Positions 1-8,339 of a DNA stretch of 64,000 bases are shown here, piece after piece; the first letter of the stretch is position 1; every line of letters begins with the position of its first letter. A program made the position numbers and the translations under genes. Below the pieces are notes generated by a model. That model was not told the DNA's origin. It searched no databases and was given only the letters and a program-made list of their open reading frames with translations. The DNA is from an uncultured Bdellovibrionales bacterium (GTDB lineage: Bacteria > Bdellovibrionota > UBA1018 > CAIPTA01): contig CAYQES010000010.1 of NCBI GenBank assembly GCA_964416595.1, forward strand, positions 9,229-73,228, written 5' to 3'.

Positions 1-1
1 A

Positions 2-490
2 TTATTTGGTTTCTAGCAAACTACGGAGCATCCATGCGGTTTTTTCATGGGTCTGCATCCGCTGGGTAAGTAGATCCGCGGTGGCTTCGTCGTTCGCTTT
101 TTCCACCGAAGGAAAGAGCGAGCGGGCAGTGCGGGAAACGGTTTCGTTCCCGTCCACCAACTGCTGGATCATTTGCTGCGCAGTGGGAGTTCCTTCGGCC
201 TCCGAGATCGCGCTCAGCTTTCCAAACTCCCGGTAGGAGCCAGGAGCGTAGTGACCCAAAGCCCGGATCCGTTCAGCGATCAAATCCACAGCAGCGGACA
301 GTTCCGTATACTGGGTTTCGAACATCAAGTGTAGTGAGTTGAACATGGGTCCCGTCACGTTCCAGTGGAAGTTATGAGTTTTGAGATAGAGAGTATAAGA
401 ATCGGCCAAGAGACGGGAAAGCCCTTCCACGATCGCTTTGCGGTCACTCTCGGAAATACCAATATTCAATTTTTCTTGGGGATTCTGCAT
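2..490 (-). CDS. dps: Dps family protein (DNA protection during starvation, ferritin-like)
   Basis: 162-aa ORF with Dps hallmark [20 protein letters not shown] and a C-terminal [12 protein letters not shown] segment. It lies 16 nt downstream of ahpD on the same strand. Confidence 0.9.
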   Translation of the reverse strand: MQNPQEKLNIGISESDRKAIVEGLSRLLADSYTLYLKTHNFHWNVTGPMFNSLHLMFETQYTELSAAVDLIAERIRALGHYAPGSYREFGKLSAISEAEGTPTAQQMIQQLVDGNETVSRTARSLFPSVEKANDEATADLLTQRMQTHEKTAWMLRSLLETK

Positions 491-506
491 ATATGTAGCT
501 CCTTTT

Positions 507-1049
507 TTACGCTTTTACTTCGCTCAATGTTTTTAATGCTTTTACCACGGAAGCCATACGAGCTAGATCATGAATTTTCTCCACATCCACTCCGGCCTCC
601 CGCAGCACAGCCTCGTGGGAGGTAACACAAGTTTCACAACCGTTTACTACACTCACCGCAAAAGCCAACATCTCGAACGTTACCTTGCCCAAAGCGGGTT
701 TTCCCAAGGAAGTCATCCTAAGGCCTGCCAGGCGGTAGTCGTTCCCTTTTTCTTCTCCCGCCTTGCCAATAAAGGTGCGGAATTTATAGTAGGTGTTTAG
801 CATACCCATTATCGCTGCGCTCTCTTCTGCCTCCAACACTTCTGCCGCACTTAACTGATGGGCATTTAAATGCGCCTTAGCCAACTGCACCAACTCGTCA
901 TAGCCCACAGAACGAGCCGTAGCTATGAGCGCAAGATAGGCTTCCCTGGGTTCAAGGCTCACGCCCGACATAATCTTCTGCAGGTTTAAGTTGAGATCCC
1001 GGGAGATGGTTGTCTCCCGGGAGGCTAGAGGGGATTTAAATTCGTCCAT
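507..1049 (-). CDS. ahpD: AhpD-like alkylhydroperoxidase (carboxymuconolactone decarboxylase family)
   Basis: 180 aa with a CxxC-xxH active-site pattern in [11 protein letters not shown]. It lies 9 nt downstream of ahpC. Confidence 0.8.
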   Translation of the reverse strand: MDEFKSPLASRETTISRDLNLNLQKIMSGVSLEPREAYLALIATARSVGYDELVQLAKAHLNAHQLSAAEVLEAEESAAIMGMLNTYYKFRTFIGKAGEEKGNDYRLAGLRMTSLGKPALGKVTFEMLAFAVSVVNGCETCVTSHEAVLREAGVDVEKIHDLARMASVVKALKTLSEVKA

Positions 1050-1058
1050 ATTTTCTCC

Positions 1059-1622
1059 TTAGGCTTTCAAAGTGTTTTGACCTTTTTCCCAGTTACAGGG
1101 GCAAAGCTCGTCGGTTTGCAGGGCATCCAGGGTGCGCAATACTTCTTTCACGCTGCGGCCAACGTTCAAGTCATACACACTCACGTGGCGGATCACGCCC
1201 TCAGGATCCACAATGAAAGTGGCCCGCAAGGGAACTTTGTCTGTTTTATGGAGAATACCCAAAGCTTCAGACAATTCTTTTTTATTGTCCGCGAGCATGG
1301 GGAAACGAAGACCCTTTAGATCCGCATGATTGTTTCGCCAAGCCAAGTGCACAAATTGCGAATCCGTGCTCACGCCAAATACTTCCGCTTCCCGATCCCT
1401 AAAATGATTGTACTCTTTATTGAACTCAGCGATTTCCGTAGGACATACAAACGTAAAGTCTAGGGGCCAAAAGAAAACTACGCTCCATTTACCCTTCATG
1501 TCGTTGTGAGAAATCTCTTTAAACTCTTTTCCTTTTTCTAAAGAAACCACAGCAGGCATTTTGAATTCAGGGAATATTTCACCAATGTTTGCAATTCGAT
1601 TGTTATTTGTGTTTGTGCTCAT
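1059..1622 (-). CDS. ahpC: 2-Cys peroxiredoxin / alkyl hydroperoxide reductase subunit C
   Basis: 187 aa with peroxidatic Cys motif FFWPLDFTFVCPTE and C-terminal Cys pair ELCPCNW. An AAGGAG SD lies 9 nt upstream of the ATG. Confidence 0.92.
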   Translation of the reverse strand: MSTNTNNNRIANIGEIFPEFKMPAVVSLEKGKEFKEISHNDMKGKWSVVFFWPLDFTFVCPTEIAEFNKEYNHFRDREAEVFGVSTDSQFVHLAWRNNHADLKGLRFPMLADNKKELSEALGILHKTDKVPLRATFIVDPEGVIRHVSVYDLNVGRSVKEVLRTLDALQTDELCPCNWEKGQNTLKA

Positions 1623-1656
1623 ACTTCATTTCTCCTTTATTTAGATTTATTCCGTA

Positions 1657-1673
1657 TTTAGAACCATTCTAAA
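1657..1673. promoter_or_regulatory. Candidate PerR/Fur-type operator in the ahpC promoter
   Basis: Inverted repeat TTTAGAA-CCA-TTCTAAA lies 35-51 nt upstream of the ahpC ATG. It overlaps a minus-strand TAGAAT -10-like hexamer (1666-1671). The same half-sites recur upstream of the Fur-family gene. Confidence 0.55.
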
Positions 1674-1690
1674 TGCGGAGGTAAAAAAAA

Positions 1691-2119
1691 TTAAACCTTC
1701 ACGGATCCCTTCAACAAAACTTGCACTTCTTTTACTTGAAACATGCGCTTCAATTTCGACGAAACCTCCACTTCCTCGGGCTCCAAATCATACAGCTCCC
1801 CGCTCTTCTCATCGAGGAAGTGATGGTGGGGCGTAAGATTGTTATCGTAAATCACTTTGTCGGAATGTGGGAAACGGAGCTCTTGCAGCAAACCCGCCTT
1901 CACTAAAATATTTAAAGTATTGTAGACTGTCGCCAAACTCATTTTGGGAAAGTTTTTATCGGCCCAGTCCTTCACTTGTTCTGCAGTGGGGTGATCCGCC
2001 TGGCAGAGCACAAAACGACAGATCGCGATCCGCTGGGCGGTGGGATGCACACCAGCCGCCTCCAAACGACTCTCGATCTCCGAGGGACTTAAACAATGTT
2101 TTCTGTTCATCTCGCCCAT
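1691..2119 (-). CDS. Fur-family metalloregulator, PerR-like by genomic context
   Basis: 142 aa with a winged-helix N-domain (PTAQRIAI.., ATVYNTLNILVKAGL) and an HHHF metal-site motif. It is adjacent to ahpC-ahpD-dps. No C-terminal CxxC pairs are present. Confidence 0.75.
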   Translation of the reverse strand: MGEMNRKHCLSPSEIESRLEAAGVHPTAQRIAICRFVLCQADHPTAEQVKDWADKNFPKMSLATVYNTLNILVKAGLLQELRFPHSDKVIYDNNLTPHHHFLDEKSGELYDLEPEEVEVSSKLKRMFQVKEVQVLLKGSVKV

Positions 2120-2122
2120 ACG

Positions 2123-2139
2123 TTTAGAATAATTCTAAA
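2123..2139. promoter_or_regulatory. Candidate autoregulatory PerR/Fur-type operator
   Basis: Perfect 8-1-8 palindrome TTTAGAAT-A-ATTCTAAA (7-1-7 core TTAGAAT A ATTCTAA) begins 4 nt upstream of the regulator ATG. Confidence 0.6.
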
Positions 2140-2154
2140 TTAAGAATAAGTCAA
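2126..2154 (-). promoter_or_regulatory. Candidate sigma70-type promoter of the Fur-family gene
   Basis: The minus strand reads TTGACT-17 nt-TATTCT, with the palindrome filling the spacer and -10. Only 6 nt separate the -10 from the ATG at 2119, so the mRNA may be leaderless. Confidence 0.4.
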
Positions 2155-2356
2155 CCCCCTTAAAGCCGCCCCACTTAATTGTGGATGAATTCATGTAACC
2201 ATTTGAAATTTATTGGGAAAATAAATTTATTGTGTGATTTTTTAAGCGATTCAGAATGCTCTTCTAAGTGCCTGAGCTAAGAGCTTATTTTCTCTATTTT
2301 AAATTTCCATCAACAATTAAAGGGGCCAGCTTGTATCCTTGTAAGAAGGAGGCCCC

Positions 2357-2965
2357 ATGATCCGCATTGCCTTACTATTTATTCTTCTTTTCACCCTCCC
2401 CACATCCAGCTGGGCCATGCGCCTCTCGGTAGTGGCGGCCGGCATTCACTCCCAGCCCGAAGTGAGCCCCAGCACTTTTTCCTACACTCCTAATACGGAG
2501 TACGGAGGTGGTGCACTCCTGGAGTTTGGCATTGTCCCCTTCGTGGGCCTAGAACTTGGCGCACTCTATTTACCGCGCTCCTTTCAATACACACCGCTCT
2601 ATTACACGAACATCACTGTCACTTTAAAAACCATACAGTACCCCGTGCTCTTACGAGCCTATCTCTTTGACATGCTCTCCATCGGCGCCGGCGGCTACTA
2701 CGCAAAATATATTAGCGGCGTAAAATACGAAACGTCCACGCCCGCCGGGATCCAAAACACCTCCAACACCTTGGCTTTATCCAATCTAGAAGAAAGCGAT
2801 TACGGACTCGTGGGAAGCGTAGCGATCTATATCCCCTTCTCGAAACTCTCTCGGCTCATGTTGGATGGCCGCTATACGGTGGGCTTGAAAGATAATAGCC
2901 TCGCCACTAACGAAATTAAATACAACGACATTCAGGTGCTAGCCGGCTTGCAAGTAGGATTCTAA
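2357..2965 (+). CDS. Outer-membrane beta-barrel protein (small porin/OmpA-like barrel family)
   Basis: Signal peptide MIRIALLFILLFTLPTSSWA, alternating hydrophobic strand pattern, and C-terminal LAGLQVGF ending in an aromatic residue. A strong AGGAGG SD is present. Confidence 0.65.
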   Translation: MIRIALLFILLFTLPTSSWAMRLSVVAAGIHSQPEVSPSTFSYTPNTEYGGGALLEFGIVPFVGLELGALYLPRSFQYTPLYYTNITVTLKTIQYPVLLRAYLFDMLSIGAGGYYAKYISGVKYETSTPAGIQNTSNTLALSNLEESDYGLVGSVAIYIPFSKLSRLMLDGRYTVGLKDNSLATNEIKYNDIQVLAGLQVGF

Positions 2966-2978
2966 ACAGGAGGGGGAA

Positions 2979-3710
2979 ATGCGAACGCAGCACAGCCCCT
3001 TACTCCTGATCAGCGATCTCGACGATACAATCAAGATTTCTCACACCCAATCTAAGCTCGTTACTCTCTACCGCGGACTCTTCCGCAAATCTGCTTTTGT
3101 GGGCATGTCGGTGCTATACCAGGAGATCCTTAGTAGCCACCCCAACTCGCGCTTTGCGATCGTTTCTTCTTCACCCCCCACCATCCGCGGTAAGATCGAA
3201 TCTTTTTTGAAAATAAATGATTTCCCCGCGGCCCATTTAGTGTTGCGGGATTGGATCCGGCAAACGTCGATCCCGGAATATAAACAAAGAGCCATTTTCA
3301 CGTTGGTAGAAGAATCGAAATATCCCGCGCTCTTAATTGGCGACGATACAGAGCATGATCCAGAAGTATTCAGCCGGGTGAGCGAAAAATATCCCGATAA
3401 AGTGCTTTGCCGCTATATCCGCATCATAAAAGGGCGGGAGCTCCCGAAAGGTTGCCGGGGATTTTTTACGGCATTTGACATCGCTTGTTCGGAGCTCGCC
3501 ATGGGGCGCCTTACCAGCGAACAGGTGCTGCGAGTAGGCGAAGCAGTTTTAAAGACAGAAAAAAATTCGCGCCTAATTCCCTGGTTCTCCTTAAAGCCAC
3601 CGCTGCATTTTGTGCCTTTTCTCACCCACCCCGATGAGGCTATCCTAGATCTCTGGCAGCGGATCCATAAAAAGCTGCAAGCGATTCCCCGGAGAAAAAC
3701 GAAACCATGA
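2979..3710 (+). CDS. App1-like phosphatidate phosphatase family protein (DUF2183-like)
   Basis: 243 aa with a HAD-like DxDxT motif in LISDLDDTIK and a later GDDTEHDPEVF motif. It starts 13 nt after the OMP gene. Confidence 0.55.
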   Translation: MRTQHSPLLLISDLDDTIKISHTQSKLVTLYRGLFRKSAFVGMSVLYQEILSSHPNSRFAIVSSSPPTIRGKIESFLKINDFPAAHLVLRDWIRQTSIPEYKQRAIFTLVEESKYPALLIGDDTEHDPEVFSRVSEKYPDKVLCRYIRIIKGRELPKGCRGFFTAFDIACSELAMGRLTSEQVLRVGEAVLKTEKNSRLIPWFSLKPPLHFVPFLTHPDEAILDLWQRIHKKLQAIPRRKTKP

Positions 3711-4804
3711 GCGTGAAAATCAAAAAAGGTAGCGTGCTAGTCTACCGCATCTTCGACATCGCCGAGGAGATCCATATTCCTCAAGCGGAAATGAACCTAA
3801 AAGATCTGCGAGGTCGGGATACTTTCAAGGTTCCTAAATTCATCGACCGCGGTATCGTGGTAAAAGATCCACCTCTCACTTTCGGCTTGGGAGAAACGAA
3901 ACTCGATCTAAAGTGCGGCACCCACCAAGCGGAAGTGCTAGGAAAAATCCGTAACTATGGTGTGCTTTCCCTGATTTACCAAATCCCCATTCAGCCCGGC
4001 ACTTCTTGGGCAGAACTCGTGGAACTCGCTGCGGATTTGGAAGAAGGTTCTGAGATCGACCAAGTGGCCCGTTTCCAGGCTAAAGAAGTAGCAGCCTTGA
4101 TTGCGCCATCTTTAAAACAGCCCAATGAATCCAGCATTTTCGAAGATTATATTATTTATTTCCTCGAAGAATTTGAAAATGGTGTAACGGCCAAGAATCT
4201 AAAAGAGCAAGCTGATATTCCAGCTCTGCTTTTGGCTGAAGACGATACCGAAATCTCCAAAACACAAAGAGATATCGTGTTGGAAAAATTCTACCAATAT
4301 GGCGCGGGTGATCTAGCCTTCGTAGAGTGGAACAGCGCGCTTGTGGTGGAACCGGGGGGCGGCCGGGAAGTACCTGACATTTTGGAATTCGCCGTAACCC
4401 ACCTTTTGGAAATGCGTTATTATGATGATTTGTTGGACCATCGCCTCGCCGCCCTTTACGACGATATCGAACGCAGCAAGGGCCAAATGCTGAAAGGTAA
4501 ATTCGCCCAAATCTACCAGGATGCAAGCTCCCGTTATATCGAGTTCTCTGAATTCATCGAGCGCGTGGAAAACTCCCTAAAAGTGGTTGGGGATTTTTAT
4601 CTAGCTACCGTGTACCGCGCAGCTACGAAGCGCTTCCGCTTGCTCGACTGGCAACAAAACATCACGAGAAAAATGAATCTTTTGGCCCAGGTTTCAAGCC
4701 TCCTGCAAGGAGAAGTGAATATCCGCCGCAGCCACTGGCTCGAGATCACGATTATCCTCCTCATTGCTTTTGAAATTGTGTCCGCGGTTTTCCGCTGGTA
4801 TTAA
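3707..4804 (+). CDS. DUF155/RMD1-YagE-like protein with a single C-terminal TM helix
   Basis: 365 aa, a soluble body followed by the terminal helix WLEITIILLIAFEIVSAVF. It has a 4-nt ATGA overlap with the upstream gene. The family assignment is from overall pattern only. Confidence 0.4.
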   Translation: MSVKIKKGSVLVYRIFDIAEEIHIPQAEMNLKDLRGRDTFKVPKFIDRGIVVKDPPLTFGLGETKLDLKCGTHQAEVLGKIRNYGVLSLIYQIPIQPGTSWAELVELAADLEEGSEIDQVARFQAKEVAALIAPSLKQPNESSIFEDYIIYFLEEFENGVTAKNLKEQADIPALLLAEDDTEISKTQRDIVLEKFYQYGAGDLAFVEWNSALVVEPGGGREVPDILEFAVTHLLEMRYYDDLLDHRLAALYDDIERSKGQMLKGKFAQIYQDASSRYIEFSEFIERVENSLKVVGDFYLATVYRAATKRFRLLDWQQNITRKMNLLAQVSSLLQGEVNIRRSHWLEITIILLIAFEIVSAVFRWY

Positions 4805-4811
4805 AGTGCTC

Positions 4812-5363
4812 ATGAGCAAAGCCTTTGTGAAAGAAGACCAAGAGCCCGAAGAGGAAGAGAGCGAAATCGCGAGCCCCGTGCCCGGAGGCAAAAACTACAT
4901 CACGCCCCATGGTCTAAAAAAAATGCGGGATGAACTGAACACTTTGCTCGACGTAACCCGCCCCGAAATAGTGCGCACTGTGAGTTGGGCGGCGTCCAAT
5001 GGCGATCGCTCGGAAAATGGTGATTATATTTATGGCAAACGCCGCCTACGGGAAATCGACAAGCGCATTCGATTTCTCAATAAACGCATGGAAATCGCGG
5101 AAGTGGTGGATCCCACGGAAAAGCGCGGCGACCTTGTGCTCTTTGGCGCCACCGTGGTGGTGGAAGACGAAGAAGGAAAAAAGCGAAAATATTCCATCGT
5201 AGGTATCGATGAAACCGACGTTGCCCGGGGTCGCGTTAGTTGGATTTCCCCTATCGGCAAAGCCCTCCTGCAAGCGCGAAAAGGCGATACGGTGATTCTG
5301 CGCACGCCCAAGGGCGAAGAAGACCTCCACATTCTCGAGGTGCGCTATGAAGAGCTCCCCTAA
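4812..5363 (+). CDS. greB: Transcription elongation factor GreB
   Basis: Gre coiled-coil and acidic tip (WAASNGDRSENGDYIYGKRRLREIDKRIRFL) plus a C-terminal FKBP-like domain. The start is taken at MSKAFV (ATG 4812) rather than the ORF-track start at 4764. Confidence 0.85.
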   Translation: MSKAFVKEDQEPEEEESEIASPVPGGKNYITPHGLKKMRDELNTLLDVTRPEIVRTVSWAASNGDRSENGDYIYGKRRLREIDKRIRFLNKRMEIAEVVDPTEKRGDLVLFGATVVVEDEEGKKRKYSIVGIDETDVARGRVSWISPIGKALLQARKGDTVILRTPKGEEDLHILEVRYEELP

Positions 5364-6633
5364 AGCAATCCGGGAAAGCGAACTCCTAGATTTTCAACTG
5401 CTCTACGCGAAACACTACCTCGCGAGTGGTGGCCCCACCTCCCGTTTGGAAGACAGCCTCACCAAGGTAGGCGAAATCTACGGCAAACACACAGAAATTT
5501 TTGCCACCCCCACGGGCGTGTTCGTGACTCTCATGGATCCTGAACGCAACGTGGACCCAAAAACTGCGCTCATGCGCCTAAAAGAAACGGGCACAGATCT
5601 CGGCAGGCTTTCAAAACTAGAACAAATTTTTACCGATCTTGTGACTCAAAAAATCACTTTGCACGCAGGCCTTGAAATCTTGAAAAGCAGCCACCTCTTG
5701 CGGAATCTCTACGCGCCCTGGCAATCGGCCATGGCTGCCTTCTTAGCAGGATTTACTATCAGCTTTTCTTCTTACCAAAGGCTCTCCGCGGCTCTGGGGA
5801 GCGGTGTGATCACTTCGCTCATGTGGCTGCTTTCTACATTTTTTCTAAAGCGACATTTATCGAACCCGATCTTCACGGATTTTATCAGCGCCTTTCTTAC
5901 ACTCACATTAGCAGCTGTGGCCCACGGTTTATGGGCACCAATTTCTATTGAAGCCTATGCCCTAGGCGGTATCATGCTACTCGTGCCGGGATTGGCACTC
6001 ACCACCGCCATCTCTGAACTGGCGGAGCAAAATCTCGTTTCCGGAACAGCCAAATTCATGCAGGCCACGATGGCCTCTTTGGCTTTAGGTTTGGCTTATC
6101 TTTTATTCCAACAAATTTCTTTTTCTCTACATTTACGAGGCGTGCTCCAACCCGTAGCTCCGCAAACTCAAGTGTGGTGGATTTCATCGATCGCAATTCT
6201 AGTAAATATAAGTTGTTTTTGCGTGATCTTTAAGGTGCCGCCCAGAGCGTTGATATGGTCCACGCTTACGGGTTGCGCGGGTTGGTCTGCCCTACTTTTT
6301 GTTTCTTCTACCCGGGTTGCTGCCGCTGGGCCATTTTTAGCTTCCGTGATTGTGGGCATGGTGAGTTTAAGTTTCGGGCGAATTTTTAGCCAACCTTCCC
6401 AAGTGTTTTCCGTGCCGGGAATCGTGGCTATGCTGCCCGGCATGCTCGCGCTTTCGAGTTTCCGTTATTTTGCGTCGGGCGACCAAGACAGCGGACTCAA
6501 TACAAGCTTTAAAGTGGCGATCACGGCGGTGAGTTTGGTGTTTGGTTTGATGACCGCCCGGATTCCCTTCCAGGTGGGAGGCCGCTATCGCAAAAAAGTG
6601 GTGGAGCGCTGGCAACGAGTGTGGCGAAGCTAA
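5347..6633 (+). CDS. Threonine/serine exporter (ThrE) family membrane protein
   Basis: 428 aa with an N-terminal soluble-plus-TM half (GGPTSRLEDSL) and about 10 TM helices, consistent with a fused DUF1212/DUF3815 architecture. Confidence 0.7.
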   Translation: MKSSPKAIRESELLDFQLLYAKHYLASGGPTSRLEDSLTKVGEIYGKHTEIFATPTGVFVTLMDPERNVDPKTALMRLKETGTDLGRLSKLEQIFTDLVTQKITLHAGLEILKSSHLLRNLYAPWQSAMAAFLAGFTISFSSYQRLSAALGSGVITSLMWLLSTFFLKRHLSNPIFTDFISAFLTLTLAAVAHGLWAPISIEAYALGGIMLLVPGLALTTAISELAEQNLVSGTAKFMQATMASLALGLAYLLFQQISFSLHLRGVLQPVAPQTQVWWISSIAILVNISCFCVIFKVPPRALIWSTLTGCAGWSALLFVSSTRVAAAGPFLASVIVGMVSLSFGRIFSQPSQVFSVPGIVAMLPGMLALSSFRYFASGDQDSGLNTSFKVAITAVSLVFGLMTARIPFQVGGRYRKKVVERWQRVWRS

Positions 6634-7829
6634 ATGCTATCCCCTGCGGCTACAGCTGATGCCCAGGCCCACTGAAAATTATAGCCACCAAGCCAGCCTG
6701 TTACATCCACAACTTCCCCGATGAAATATAGTCCAGGCACTTTTTTCGCCTCCATGGTGCGGGAAGATAATTCATCGGTGGAAACGCCCCCTCGGGTAAC
6801 TTCCGCTTTTCCGTAGCCCCCATCCCGTTCTGGATAAAGCATCCAGTGATGCATTTTTTCCGCCAGGCGCTTTAGCTCTAGATCTGCCACTTGCACCACA
6901 GGCTGCGCTGGCACTTGAAACTCCTCGGATAATTTTTCTCCCAAACGCTCCGTGAACTTTTCCGCGATCAGAGTTCTTACTTCTTTTCGGCTCCCCGCCC
7001 GTTTTTTCTCTAAAAAATATTCTTCCAAAGAAGAATTGGGCGATAGATCTATTTGCAATGCATCCCCAGGAAACCAATACAAAGAGGCCTGCAAAATCGC
7101 TGGCCCCGAAAGCCCCGTGTGGGTGAAGAGAATATTTTCCCGGAAAGTTTTCTCGTTCACAGTAACATTCACATCCACACTCACGCCAGAAATGCCGCCA
7201 AATCTTCCAAGAAAGGCGTTGGGCATCACGAGTCCTACCAGAGCTGCATCAAGCCGGGTTACGCTTAAGCCAAATTTCTTCGCCAACTGATAGCCAAAAT
7301 CCGTAGCTCCAATTTTAGGAATCGATAAACCACCGGTGGCTACCACGAGGGCGGCGGCGGAAAAATCTCCCTTATTGGTTTGCAGGACAAAAGCTCCTTC
7401 GGAATTTTTCTCTACATCTATAATTTTTGTTTGCAAACGAATCTCCGCTCCATACTCATCACATTCAGCGCGGAGTAAATCCACAATATCTTGAGCTGAA
7501 TCCCGGCAGAAAAGCTGCCCCAGTTTTTTTTCGTAATAAGCGATGCCATGTTTTTCCACGAGGGCGAGAAAATCTTGTGGTGTGAAGCGGGCAAAGGCGG
7601 ATTTGGCAAAATGCTCATTTTCAGAAAAATAATTTTTTGGGCCTGCGCCGATATTGGTGAAATTGCAGCGTCCACCGCCGGAGATAAGGATCTTGCGGCC
7701 GAGCTTATCCCCGTGGTCGAGCACGAGCACGCGCTTGCCCCGGCTTGCCGCCCTGGCAGCACACATGAGGCCCGCACCGCCGGCCCCGAGCACGATAAGA
7801 TCCCAATTTTCCATGGCTTTTATATACAC
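6630..7829 (-). CDS. NAD(P)/FAD-dependent oxidoreductase, HI0933/YhiN (BaiN-like) family
   Basis: N-terminal Rossmann motif DLIVLGAGGAGLMCA and C-terminal GLYFIGEVVDVTGWLGGYNFQWAWASA signature. Confidence 0.85.
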   Translation of the reverse strand: MYIKAMENWDLIVLGAGGAGLMCAARAASRGKRVLVLDHGDKLGRKILISGGGRCNFTNIGAGPKNYFSENEHFAKSAFARFTPQDFLALVEKHGIAYYEKKLGQLFCRDSAQDIVDLLRAECDEYGAEIRLQTKIIDVEKNSEGAFVLQTNKGDFSAAALVVATGGLSIPKIGATDFGYQLAKKFGLSVTRLDAALVGLVMPNAFLGRFGGISGVSVDVNVTVNEKTFRENILFTHTGLSGPAILQASLYWFPGDALQIDLSPNSSLEEYFLEKKRAGSRKEVRTLIAEKFTERLGEKLSEEFQVPAQPVVQVADLELKRLAEKMHHWMLYPERDGGYGKAEVTRGGVSTDELSSRTMEAKKVPGLYFIGEVVDVTGWLGGYNFQWAWASAVAAGDSI

Positions 7830-7901
7830 TAAAGTTTTTTGGTCGGGAATCCGAAAAGATCAAAGATCCTTGAGGGCAGAATATTTCACCTGGAGATCCA
7901 C

Positions 7902-8339
7902 ATGAAGTTTCAAAGTAAAATCAAACAATTAGCCATTATCTCGGGATTCCTTGTTAGCGCTTTATCCTTCAAACCCGATGCAGCCACGGCGGCCGAAGGC
8001 CTTTGTAAAACCTGCAAGGCCATTTGCACCAACTACAACGCTTCTCTTATGGACGGCGATGGAAATGAAAAGCGAGATTGCCAACTGGATTGCAAAGAGG
8101 AGTGCGCCACCGCTGCATTACACGGCCAACCAACTCGCACCGCTAAACCCCCTACAATTCCTTGCGTAGTGATTTCGGAAAACGCAGTGGAATGCAAAGG
8201 AGAAGCTTACGTAAAAGCCTCCGCTAATAGAGGCGTGCTGGAAAACCGTAACTTCTTAGAGAATCTAAAAAAATTCTTTGCGGCTCCTAAACAAGAGGCC
8301 GACGAAGAAAAGGGTGGCCCCGCCCTCCGCGGCTACTAA
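7902..8339 (+). CDS. Hypothetical secreted Cys-rich protein
   Basis: Start at ATG 7902 with a TGGAG SD 6 nt upstream. It has a signal-like N-terminus and nine Cys, including CKTCKAIC and CQLDCKEEC. Confidence 0.5.
   Translation: MKFQSKIKQLAIISGFLVSALSFKPDAATAAEGLCKTCKAICTNYNASLMDGDGNEKRDCQLDCKEECATAALHGQPTRTAKPPTIPCVVISENAVECKGEAYVKASANRGVLENRNFLENLKKFFAAPKQEADEEKGGPALRGY

Noticed and set aside
2206-2228. 9-5-9 inverted repeat AAATTTATT-GGGAA-AATAAATTT between the Fur-family gene and the OMP gene.
   Set aside because: The arms are composed only of A/T in an AT-rich intergenic region, so chance occurrence is likely and no partner site is seen. I kept it only as a note.
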